Positions 9,119-16,539 of a stretch of DNA of 64,000 nucleotides are shown piece by piece. Numbering within the stretch: the first letter of the stretch is position 1; each line of letters opens with the position of its first letter. The notes under the pieces are model-generated. The model had not been told where the DNA came from. It saw only the letters and a program-made list of their open reading frames with translations, and did not search any database. The position numbers and the translations under genes were made by a program. The DNA comes from Burkholderiaceae bacterium. Lineage in GTDB: Bacteria; Pseudomonadota; Gammaproteobacteria; Burkholderiales; Burkholderiaceae_C. The stretch lies in contig JBBCJV010000017.1 in the NCBI GenBank assembly GCA_037190565.1, positions 18,939 through 82,938 on the forward strand, read 5' to 3'.

Positions 9119-10567
9119 ATGATTGCCGAGCTCGGACAATTCGCACTGGCCCTGGCGCTGGCGGCATCACTGGCCTTGGGTGTGCTGCCGATGCTCGGCA
9201 GCGCGATCGGCGGGCCCACCGGTGCGCGGCTGATGGCCACGGATCGCCCGGCCGCGCTGGCGCTGATGACGCTGGCGATCCTCGCTTTCCTGGCGCTGGG
9301 CACGCTGTTCGTCGACAACGATTTCAGCGTTTCTTTGGTCGCCACCCATTCCAACCTGGATCTGCCGCTGCATTACCGCATCGCCGCCACCTGGGGTTCG
9401 CACGAAGGCTCGATGCTGCTGTGGGTGCTGATTCTGTCCTGTTGGACCGGCGCAGTGGCGATGTTTTCCACGTCGCTGCCCACGCTGCTGCGCGCGCGCA
9501 TCCTGTCCACGATGGGCTTGATCGCCGTCGGCTGCCTGCTGGTCCTGCTGGTCACGTCGAATCCCTTCGAACGACTGGTGCCGCCGCCGCCCGACGGCCG
9601 CGACCTGAACCCACTGCTGCAGGACGCCGGCATGGTGTTCCACCCGCAGCTGCTGTACATGGGCTACGTCGGCCTGTCGGTGGCCTTCGCATTCTCGATC
9701 GCCGGGCTGATCGGCGGACGCTTCGACGCCGCCTGGGCACGCTGGGCGCGTCCCTGGACCACGGTGGCATGGTGCTTCCTCACGCTGGGCATCGCGTTGG
9801 GCTCGTTCTGGGCCTACTACGAACTGGGCTGGGGCGGCTGGTGGTTCTGGGATCCGGTGGAGAACGCTTCGTTCATGCCCTGGCTGATCGCCACCGCGCT
9901 GATCCACTCGCTGTCGGTGGCCGAAAAGCGCGGCACCTTCCGCAGTTGGACGGTGCTGCTCGCGATCCTCGGCTTCAGCCTCAGCCTGCTGGGCACCTTC
10001 CTCGTGCGATCGGGCGTGCTCACCTCGGTGCACGCCTTCGCCACCGATCCGGCGCGCGGCGTGTTCATCCTGATCTTCCTCGCGATCGTGGTCGGCGGCT
10101 CGCTGCTGCTGTTCGCGTGGCGCGCCCCCACCATCGGCAACGGGCCGGGCTTCGCGTCGGTGTCGCGCGAGTCGCTGCTGCTGGCCAACAACGTGCTGCT
10201 GGTGGTGGCGATGGCCGCAGTGCTGCTGGGCACGCTGTATCCGCTGGTGCTCGATACGCTCGAACTGGGCAAGATCTCGGTCGGCCCGCCCTACTTCGAT
10301 GCGGTGTTCTTTCCGTTGATGGCGCCAGCACTGTTCCTGATGGGCATAGCACCGCTGGCGCGATGGAAGAAGGCCGAGCTGCCCGCATTGGTCACGCGCC
10401 TGCGCTGGGCGCTGGCGGTGGCCGTGCTTGCGGCGCTGCTGCTGCCGTTCACCGTCGATGGCTTCAGGCCGATGACCAGCCTGGGCCTGATGTTCGTGCT
10501 GTGGATCATTGCGTGCGTGGCGCTGGCGGTACACGACATGCTGCGCGGGGCCGCCGGCAGGCTGTAG
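9119..10567 (+). CDS. ccmF: Heme lyase CcmF, N-terminal 482 codons, ending at an in-frame TAG
   Basis: Multi-pass membrane protein with the WWD signature WGGWWFWDPVENASFMPWL. The ORF stops at TAG 10565-10567, and the remainder of CcmF continues in the same frame. Confidence 0.85.
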   Translation: MIAELGQFALALALAASLALGVLPMLGSAIGGPTGARLMATDRPAALALMTLAILAFLALGTLFVDNDFSVSLVATHSNLDLPLHYRIAATWGSHEGSMLLWVLILSCWTGAVAMFSTSLPTLLRARILSTMGLIAVGCLLVLLVTSNPFERLVPPPPDGRDLNPLLQDAGMVFHPQLLYMGYVGLSVAFAFSIAGLIGGRFDAAWARWARPWTTVAWCFLTLGIALGSFWAYYELGWGGWWFWDPVENASFMPWLIATALIHSLSVAEKRGTFRSWTVLLAILGFSLSLLGTFLVRSGVLTSVHAFATDPARGVFILIFLAIVVGGSLLLFAWRAPTIGNGPGFASVSRESLLLANNVLLVVAMAAVLLGTLYPLVLDTLELGKISVGPPYFDAVFFPLMAPALFLMGIAPLARWKKAELPALVTRLRWALAVAVLAALLLPFTVDGFRPMTSLGLMFVLWIIACVALAVHDMLRGAAGRL

Positions 10568-10606
10568 CTGCGCCGCGCGCGGCTGCATCCCTCCAGCGTC
10601 TGGGGC

Positions 10607-11110
10607 ATGCATCTAGCGCACCTCGGCGTGGCCGCGTTCGTGGCCGGCGTGACGATGGTCAACAGCTACGAGAATGGCCGCGAGCTGCGCATGGAGCTGG
10701 GCCAGCACGTCACGCTGGGCGGCTACGATCTCCGTTTCGTCGGCCTGGAACCCGTACGCGGCCCGAACTACGATGCCACGCGCGGGCGCTTCGAGATCCG
10801 CCGCGCCGGCGCCGACGGTGCACCGCTGCGCGTGCTGGCGCCCGAGAAGCGCGTCTATCGCGCCTCTGCGATGGCGATGACCGAGGCGGCGATCGACCGC
10901 AGCCTGCTGCGCGACGTTTACGTCTCGATGGGCGAACGGCTCGACGCGCGTACCTGGGTGGTGCGCGCGCACGTCAAGCCCTTCGTCAACTGGATCTGGC
11001 TCGGCTGCGTGCTGATGGCGATCGGAGGAATGCTTGCCGCCGCCGACCGGCGCTATTGGCGCCGCCGAGTTGAACGCGAAGCGAGCGCGGCCGCGGTACA
11101 AACGGCGTGA
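10607..11110 (+). CDS. ccmF: CcmF C-terminal portion (167 codons from the first ATG), same frame as 9119..10567
   Basis: Sequence MHLAHLGVAAFVAGV...RFEIRR...AAIDRSLLRDVYVSMGE...VKPFVNWIWLGCVLMAIGG corresponds to the last TM helices and periplasmic domain of CcmF. Both starts give remainder 2 when divided by 3 (9119 and 10607), so the pieces are in the same frame. Together they total about 650 aa, the normal CcmF size. Confidence 0.8.
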   Translation: MHLAHLGVAAFVAGVTMVNSYENGRELRMELGQHVTLGGYDLRFVGLEPVRGPNYDATRGRFEIRRAGADGAPLRVLAPEKRVYRASAMAMTEAAIDRSLLRDVYVSMGERLDARTWVVRAHVKPFVNWIWLGCVLMAIGGMLAAADRRYWRRRVEREASAAAVQTA

Positions 11111-11143
11111 GCAGGCAGGCCGCCTGCCTGCCGCGGAGGAGAC

Positions 11144-11686
11144 ATGAACGAGAGCGCAATGAACCGGCGCAGCATCGTCACGCTACTGACGGCACTGCTG
11201 ATGGCGCTGCTGTCGTTACCGCTGGTGGCTGCAAACGCGGCGCGCGCCGCCGTCAATGCGCCCACCATCAGGGCGCCCGGCAGCGAGGCCGTTGACATCG
11301 ACGGCCTCGCCACGCCCGAACAGCGGGCGCGCTATCAGCACCTGGCCGAAGAGCTGCGCTGCCTGGTGTGCCAGAACCAGACGCTGGCCGATTCGAACGC
11401 CGGCCTGGCCGTCGATCTGCGGCGCGAGGTCGAGACGATGATCGTCGCCGGACATAGCAACGACGAGATCAAAGGGTTCCTGGTCGAACGTTACGGCAAC
11501 TTCGTGCTTTATCGCCCGCCGATGCAAGGCAACACCTGGCTGCTGTGGGCCGGCCCATTCGGGCTGCTGGCCGCCGGTGCGTTCGCGTGGTGGCGCGTCC
11601 AGCGCCGCACCCTGCCCGCTGCCGACGCGCAGCCGATCGCCAACGCGCCCGATCTCGAGCGCGCGCGCCGGCTGCTCGACGGCTGA
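11144..11686 (+). CDS. ccmH: Cytochrome c-type biogenesis protein CcmH (NrfF-like)
   Basis: Signal/TM segment, the LRCLVCQNQTLADSNAGLAVDLRREV motif (the LRCxxCQ redox motif of CcmH), and a C-terminal TM helix. Confidence 0.85.
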   Translation: MNESAMNRRSIVTLLTALLMALLSLPLVAANAARAAVNAPTIRAPGSEAVDIDGLATPEQRARYQHLAEELRCLVCQNQTLADSNAGLAVDLRREVETMIVAGHSNDEIKGFLVERYGNFVLYRPPMQGNTWLLWAGPFGLLAAGAFAWWRVQRRTLPAADAQPIANAPDLERARRLLDG

Positions 11687-11700
11687 ACGCGATCGCCGCA

Positions 11701-11730
11701 CCGTCAGCGCCGACACCGCGGCGCTGACGG
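11701..11730 (+). terminator. Perfect 12-bp stem / 6-nt loop hairpin between ccmH and the MocR gene (no U-tract)
   Basis: ccgtcagcgccg (11701-11712), acaccg, cggcgctgacgg (11719-11730), read directly. It could be a terminator or attenuator, or an RNA-stability element. Confidence 0.3.
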
Positions 11731-11757
11731 CATCGGCTCCAAGAGGAGGACCAAGCC

Positions 11758-13254
11758 ATCATCCAGCTACCGATCCAGATCGACGCACGCGCCGGCATCA
11801 GTCTGCAAGATCAGATCTTCGAGCAGATCCATGCGCTGATCCTCGACGGCCGACTTGCCGCGGGCGCGCGGCTGCCGGCATCGCGTTCGCTGGCGCAGGA
11901 CCTGGGCGTCTCGCGCAACACCGTGCTGGGCGTCTATCTGCGCCTGGCCGAACAAGGCATCGTGAACTCGCGCGAGCAGGTCGGCACTTACGTCGCGCGT
12001 CAGGGCTACATCGACGGCCCGCTGCACACGCGAGCGTCGGCCGACGAGCATGATTCGCCGCCTGCGCACGAGCCCGACACGCGCCTGCAACGCCGCCTGC
12101 AATTCCATAACCACTCGCATCGGGTGATCAGCCCGCATACGGAAGGGCTGACGCATGACTTCTGGATCGGCCAGGTCGACCCGCGACTGTATCCGACCAA
12201 TGCATGGCGCAGCCTGCTGGTACGCATGCTGCAAGCCTCCTGTGATCAACTGTGCCATTACGGCGATCCGCAGGGTCTGGTGCAGTTGCGTGAAGCGATC
12301 GCCGCCTACGTCGGCGCGGCGCGCGGCATCGCCACCGATGCATCGCGGGTGCTGATCACCAATGGCATCCAGGAAGGCTTGAGCCTGCTCGCCCACCTGC
12401 TGGTGCGCCCCGGCGTCGAGGTTGCGGTGGAAGACCCCTGTTATCGGGGTGCAAGCAGCGTGTTCGCCAGCCACGGCGCGCTGCTGCGCCCGGTGCCGGT
12501 GGATGCGGACGGGCTCGATCCCGAAGCGCTGCCACGCTCGGCGACGCTGGCCTACGTCACGCCCTCGCATCAGTACCCGATGGGCGCGCGGCTCACGCTT
12601 GCGCGGCGCAAGGCGCTGCTGGCCTGGAGCCGCGAGGTTGGCGCCTACGTCGTCGAGGACGACTACGACAGCGACTTCTGCTATGACGATGCGCCGCTGC
12701 CTGCGCTCAAGAGCGAGGATCGCTTCGATCACGTGGTGTACCTCGGCACTTTTTCCAAGAGCCTGGGCGCCGGACTGCGCCTGGGCTACATGGTGCTGCC
12801 GCAACAGCTCGTAGGGCCCGCGCGCGCAGCCAAGGCGCTGCTGAACAACTGTCAACCGTGGCTCGAGCAGGCCGCGCTGGCCGCTTTCCTCGCCGAGGGC
12901 GACCATGCGCATCACCTGCGCCGGCTGCGCCGCACCTGTGCCCTACGGCGTGATCATCTGAAAGCGGCGATCCTGAACCAGTTGCCCGGCACGCGCATCG
13001 ACGGCGCCCACAGCGGCATGCATCTGGCCGCATATCTGCCCGCGCATCTGCCGGACGTGCGCCGCATCGAGCACGCGGCGCGCAGCGTCGGCATCGGCGT
13101 GTACGGTGTCGAGAGCGCGAACGCGCAGCTCTTCGACGCACGGCGCGCAAGCCAGCTCGATCACTGTCTGCTGTTCGGCTACGCGCGGCTGAGCGAAACC
13201 GAGATCAGCGAAGCGCTGCTCGGGTTGCGGCGCGCGATCGACTCGCTAGGCTGA
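11758..13254 (+). CDS. MocR-subfamily GntR regulator (wHTH fused to a PLP-dependent aminotransferase-fold domain); start codon apparently non-canonical (ATC)
   Basis: The HTH (LQDQIFEQIHALILDGRLAAGARLPASRSLAQDLGVSRNTVLGVYLRLAEQG) is encoded in frame upstream of the first canonical start (GTG 11923). The aminotransferase-like domain contains the LGTFSKSLGAGLRLGY Lys motif. The SD aagaggagga (11741-11750) lies 7 nt before ATC 11758. Confidence 0.8.
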   Translation: MIQLPIQIDARAGISLQDQIFEQIHALILDGRLAAGARLPASRSLAQDLGVSRNTVLGVYLRLAEQGIVNSREQVGTYVARQGYIDGPLHTRASADEHDSPPAHEPDTRLQRRLQFHNHSHRVISPHTEGLTHDFWIGQVDPRLYPTNAWRSLLVRMLQASCDQLCHYGDPQGLVQLREAIAAYVGAARGIATDASRVLITNGIQEGLSLLAHLLVRPGVEVAVEDPCYRGASSVFASHGALLRPVPVDADGLDPEALPRSATLAYVTPSHQYPMGARLTLARRKALLAWSREVGAYVVEDDYDSDFCYDDAPLPALKSEDRFDHVVYLGTFSKSLGAGLRLGYMVLPQQLVGPARAAKALLNNCQPWLEQAALAAFLAEGDHAHHLRRLRRTCALRRDHLKAAILNQLPGTRIDGAHSGMHLAAYLPAHLPDVRRIEHAARSVGIGVYGVESANAQLFDARRASQLDHCLLFGYARLSETEISEALLGLRRAIDSLG

Positions 13255-13275
13255 GAGCCGCCGGCGGCCAGTCGG

Positions 13276-13340
13276 TGGCTCCATCGTTCAAGCCTTGTCT
13301 GGCTCCATCGAATCGACCACACGGCTCAGTGGCACCATCG
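13276..13340 (+). promoter_or_regulatory. Three direct repeats of TGGC(T/A)CCATCG upstream of haoA; candidate MocR operator
   Basis: tggctccatcg at 13276-13286 and 13300-13310, and tggcaccatcg at 13330-13340, read directly. They lie in the 209-bp mocR-haoA intergenic region. Confidence 0.4.
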
Positions 13341-13345
13341 CTGCT
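13330..13345 (+). promoter_or_regulatory. Sigma-54-like -24/-12 element TGGCACcatcgCTGCT upstream of haoA (overlaps repeat 3)
   Basis: GG-N10-GC spacing is correct. The element lies about 120 nt upstream of the haoA ATG. No enhancer-binding protein gene is adjacent, so this is tentative. Confidence 0.3.
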
Positions 13346-13463
13346 GCGCGTTCTGGCACTTCTTGCATCCCTACCCCTCGCCCGATACTGACCGCAGGCT
13401 CGGGATCGTGCACGCACGACCCATATCCCGAGAAGAACGAGACATCTGGAGGAGGGAAGGGAC

Positions 13464-15254
13464 ATGAGAGCCGCATACCTGCCGTTCGCGATGCTGCTGT
13501 CGCTGTTCGCGTGGATCACGCCGGTACAGGCGGCGATCCCGGATTCAGTGCCGGACGAGACGCTTCAGGCACTGAAGCTCGATCGCAAGGCGACCCCGGC
13601 CCAGCTCCACGATGCGTTGAGCAAGCGCGTTCACTCCGAACAAGACGGCTACGGCAAGGGCAGCCACGCGAAGTTCTGGGAACCGATCCCGATGAGCAAA
13701 TACCTGGCGCCATCGCTGTTCTACAAGGCGCCGGAAAGTCTCGACATGGTGGTCAAGCGCGAGGACTGCGTCGTCTGTCATGAGCAGATCACCAAGGGCC
13801 ACGTCACCGCGTGGCGCAAGTCGCTGCATGCCGACCTGAAGGCGCTGCTGGCGCTGCCCGAAAGCGATTCGCGCGCATACAAGAAAACACATCTGACCGA
13901 AGTCGAGGACAACCTGCGTTCGCACGGCATCCTCGGCGCCGGCGAGCGGCTCGAACAAGTCTCCTGTATCGACTGTCACATGGGGGTCGGCAAGAAGACC
14001 GGGCATCACGTGAAAGACCTGCGCATGCCGGACACCACGGTCTGCGGCACCTGTCATCTGCGGCAGTTTGCCGAGCGCGAGTCCGAGCGCGACACGCTGA
14101 CCTGGCCGCAGGATCAGTGGCCGGCCGGGCGCCCGTCGCACGCGCTCGACTACAAGGCCAACATCGAGACCGCCACCTGGGCGGCGATGCAGCAGCGCGA
14201 AGTGGCCGAAGGCTGCACGATGTGCCATACCAACCAGAACAAGTGCGACAACTGCCACGGCCGGCATGAGTTCTCCGCCGTCGAGGCGCGCAAGCCGCAG
14301 GCGTGCTCGACCTGCCACAACGGCGTCGACCACAACGAATTCGAGGCGTACATGCTGTCGCGCCACGGCGTGAACTACCAGACCACCAGCCATAGCTGGG
14401 ACTGGAACGCACCGCTGGCCAAAGCGATCGAGAAGGGCCAGACCGCACCGACCTGCGCGTTCTGCCACATGGAGTACAAGGGCGAGTTCACGCACAACGT
14501 GGTGCGCAAGGTGCGCTGGGGCTTCCTGCCGTTCAAGAACATCGCCGACAATCTTGGGCACAAATGGTTCACCGAACGCCGCGACGCCTGGCAGGGCACG
14601 TGCCAGAACTGCCATTCGGCCAGTTTCGCGGACGCCTACCTCAAGATGATGGACAAGGGCATCATCTCGGGCATGGAGCTGGTCGAAGAAGTGCGCCCGG
14701 TGGTGCAGGCGCTGTTCAACGAGAAGCTGATGGTCGGGCAGAAATCCAATCGCCCACCGCCGTTCGCGCCCGAGAAAGACGAGGCGGGCGGGTTCTTCGC
14801 GCTGTTCATGGCCAACGGCAACAACCCGACCATCGTCGATCGCACCTTCGCCGAGATGTGGGAGCAGCACATCGCCAAGCACTACAAGGGGCTGGCGCAC
14901 GTGCACCCGGGTGGCTTCACCTACAGCGAAGGATGGTCGCAGCTCATCAAGAGCAAGACCGTCATCCTTGAAGAAAATACGCGGCTGCGCGAGAAGGCCG
15001 ACATGGACAAGCGCATCGCGGCGCTGGAAAAGCGCGGCGGCAAGACCTCGTCGCTCGGCGGCGGCGGGCACTCGCAGCTGGCGGCAATGATCGATGAAGT
15101 GACCGGCACGATCGGCGGCGGCGGCGCCGTCGCGATGGGCAGCCTGCTTGCGATCTCGGGCATGCTGATGCTTCGGCGCCCGCGTCGGCGCGATGCCGAC
15201 GGAGCGGATCCGGACACTGCCGCCGATGGAGCCGCCAAGGACGGCACGCCATGA
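13464..15254 (+). CDS. haoA: Octaheme cytochrome c, hydroxylamine dehydrogenase/oxidoreductase (HAO) family, oxidative type with the cross-link tyrosine; C-terminal membrane anchor
   Basis: Signal peptide (…ITPVQA/AIPD). Eight CXXCH motifs: CVVCH 13767, CIDCH 13965, CGTCH 14043, CTMCH 14214, CDNCH 14244, CSTCH 14304, CAFCH 14454, CQNCH 14601. HAO-typical blocks FAERESERDTLTWP, WPAGRPSHALDY and REVAEGCTMCHTNQNKCDNCH. Tyr487 sits in HPGGFTYSEGW (14922-14924). There is a terminal TM helix, GGGAVAMGSLLAISGMLMLRRPRRR. Confidence 0.9.
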   Translation: MRAAYLPFAMLLSLFAWITPVQAAIPDSVPDETLQALKLDRKATPAQLHDALSKRVHSEQDGYGKGSHAKFWEPIPMSKYLAPSLFYKAPESLDMVVKREDCVVCHEQITKGHVTAWRKSLHADLKALLALPESDSRAYKKTHLTEVEDNLRSHGILGAGERLEQVSCIDCHMGVGKKTGHHVKDLRMPDTTVCGTCHLRQFAERESERDTLTWPQDQWPAGRPSHALDYKANIETATWAAMQQREVAEGCTMCHTNQNKCDNCHGRHEFSAVEARKPQACSTCHNGVDHNEFEAYMLSRHGVNYQTTSHSWDWNAPLAKAIEKGQTAPTCAFCHMEYKGEFTHNVVRKVRWGFLPFKNIADNLGHKWFTERRDAWQGTCQNCHSASFADAYLKMMDKGIISGMELVEEVRPVVQALFNEKLMVGQKSNRPPPFAPEKDEAGGFFALFMANGNNPTIVDRTFAEMWEQHIAKHYKGLAHVHPGGFTYSEGWSQLIKSKTVILEENTRLREKADMDKRIAALEKRGGKTSSLGGGGHSQLAAMIDEVTGTIGGGGAVAMGSLLAISGMLMLRRPRRRDADGADPDTAADGAAKDGTP

Positions 15255-16264
15255 ACGCCGGCGCGCGGCGCGCGCTGGGCGGGGCCCTGCTGGCCGCCGG
15301 CCTCGTCCTCGCCGCGCTGGGCGGATATGCGGCGCTGAATCCGGTCGAGCCGCCCTATCGCTACGAGGTCGCGGGCCCCGCCGCGCCGCCCGACGATCCC
15401 GACGTAGCCGATGCGCTGACGCGCGCGAATCTGTCGCTGCGCGAGGCGCGGCTGGTCGATCACGCGACCGGCCGCACGCTTGCCGAGCTTCGCTTTGCCG
15501 AGGCCGATGACGGGCCGGTCATGCTCGACTGGCGGCCCAAGGTCGACGAACCCTTCCTGCTGGCCGCCGCACCGCTGCGCGAGGTGGCGCAGTTGGCCGC
15601 TGCGCTGCGCCGCCACGTTCCCGCCGATGCGTTGGTGCTGGCATGGTGGGATACCTCGCGGCAACTCGCGCTGCTGGCCGGCACGCAGACGCGATTCGAC
15701 CGCCATGTGATCGGCGCGCCGCTTGCATTGCCCGCGCAGTGGGTGCCTGCACGCTCGGCCATCGAGCACGTCGAGAGCGCCTTCTGGCTGCGTGGCAATA
15801 GTGGCAATGCCGCCGAGGCAAGTCCGCCATTTGGCGCCTGGGTCGACGCGATGCTGGCCTCGCCCGCCGATGGGGCGGCCCGGCTGCGCGCGCTCGCGGG
15901 CAAGCGCGAGGCCTATGCGGTGGTGCACGTGCGTGACGCACTGTTGCTGGGTGCGATGGCGCCGCAGCGGCTCGGGGTCGCGTTGCGCGAGCAGCCGGAC
16001 GGCGGCAACCTGCACGGCGCGATCAGCGGCGCACGCGACTGGATGCGCGCGCAACGATATGCCGCCTACTCGGCCTACGCGCCCGAACCCGGACGCGTGC
16101 GGGTGCTTGCGCTGACTGACGAGGCTTCGGCCGGCACGCTGATCGCCGGCCTGTTGCCGTTCCATGATCCCATTCGCAAGCCCGAGCCGGTGCCGGGCAT
16201 GACGCTGGTGCACCAGGTCGGCGGCTTCTGGGTTTATCGGATCGAAGACGGAGGCAGCCTCTGA
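15251..16264 (+). CDS. haoB: HaoB-like membrane-anchored protein (the orf2 partner of haoA)
   Basis: ATGA overlap with the haoA stop. 337 aa with a single N-terminal TM (ALGGALLAAGLVLAALGGYAAL) and the rest predicted to be periplasmic. Position and topology match the haoB gene that follows haoA in known hao clusters. The family was not verified by search. Confidence 0.55.
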   Translation: MNAGARRALGGALLAAGLVLAALGGYAALNPVEPPYRYEVAGPAAPPDDPDVADALTRANLSLREARLVDHATGRTLAELRFAEADDGPVMLDWRPKVDEPFLLAAAPLREVAQLAAALRRHVPADALVLAWWDTSRQLALLAGTQTRFDRHVIGAPLALPAQWVPARSAIEHVESAFWLRGNSGNAAEASPPFGAWVDAMLASPADGAARLRALAGKREAYAVVHVRDALLLGAMAPQRLGVALREQPDGGNLHGAISGARDWMRAQRYAAYSAYAPEPGRVRVLALTDEASAGTLIAGLLPFHDPIRKPEPVPGMTLVHQVGGFWVYRIEDGGSL

Positions 16265-16271
16265 AAATGGA

Positions 16272-16298
16272 GGATATACTTTTACAATCTGTATATCC
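16272..16298. promoter_or_regulatory. 8-bp perfect inverted repeat GGATATAC-N11-GTATATCC in a low-GC patch just upstream of vapB; candidate antitoxin operator/promoter
   Basis: ggatatac (16272-16279) and gtatatcc (16291-16298), read directly. The ttacaa and tatatc hexamers overlap it. Confidence 0.4.
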
Positions 16299-16308
16299 AA
16301 GAAATACC

Positions 16309-16539
16309 ATGCAAGTCGCGAAATGGGGAAACAGCCTCGCTGTACGCCTTCCCGCTGCCGTCGTAGAAGCTCTCGAACTCAAGGAAGGCGACGAGATCGA
16401 GATCCAGGTCCACGATGACAGAACGTTCGGCGTCGCTCGCAAGCCCGGCAAAAAGGAGTGGCTCGGCCGGCTTCGCGCTTTTCGTGGCCGTCTGCCCGCC
16501 GACTTCAAGTTCGATCGGGATGAAGCCAATGCCCGGTAG
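16309..16539 (+). CDS. vapB: AbrB/MazE/SpoVT-family antitoxin (VapB-type)
   Basis: MQVAKWGNSLAVRLPAAVVEALELKEGDEIEI is the classical swapped-hairpin AbrB-like motif. The gene is 76 aa and overlaps the downstream PIN gene. Confidence 0.8.
   Translation: MQVAKWGNSLAVRLPAAVVEALELKEGDEIEIQVHDDRTFGVARKPGKKEWLGRLRAFRGRLPADFKFDRDEANAR

Noticed and set aside
10565-10567. The TAG in ccmF as a recoded (pyrrolysine or read-through) codon.
   Set aside because: There is no reason to expect Pyl machinery in a betaproteobacterium, and no recoding signal is evident. A nonsense mutation, a sequencing error or a split gene are simpler explanations.
13352-13367. Second TGGCAC...TTGCA motif upstream of haoA (tggcacttcttgcat).
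   Set aside because: GG-to-GC spacing is 8 nt rather than the 10 nt required for sigma-54 promoters.
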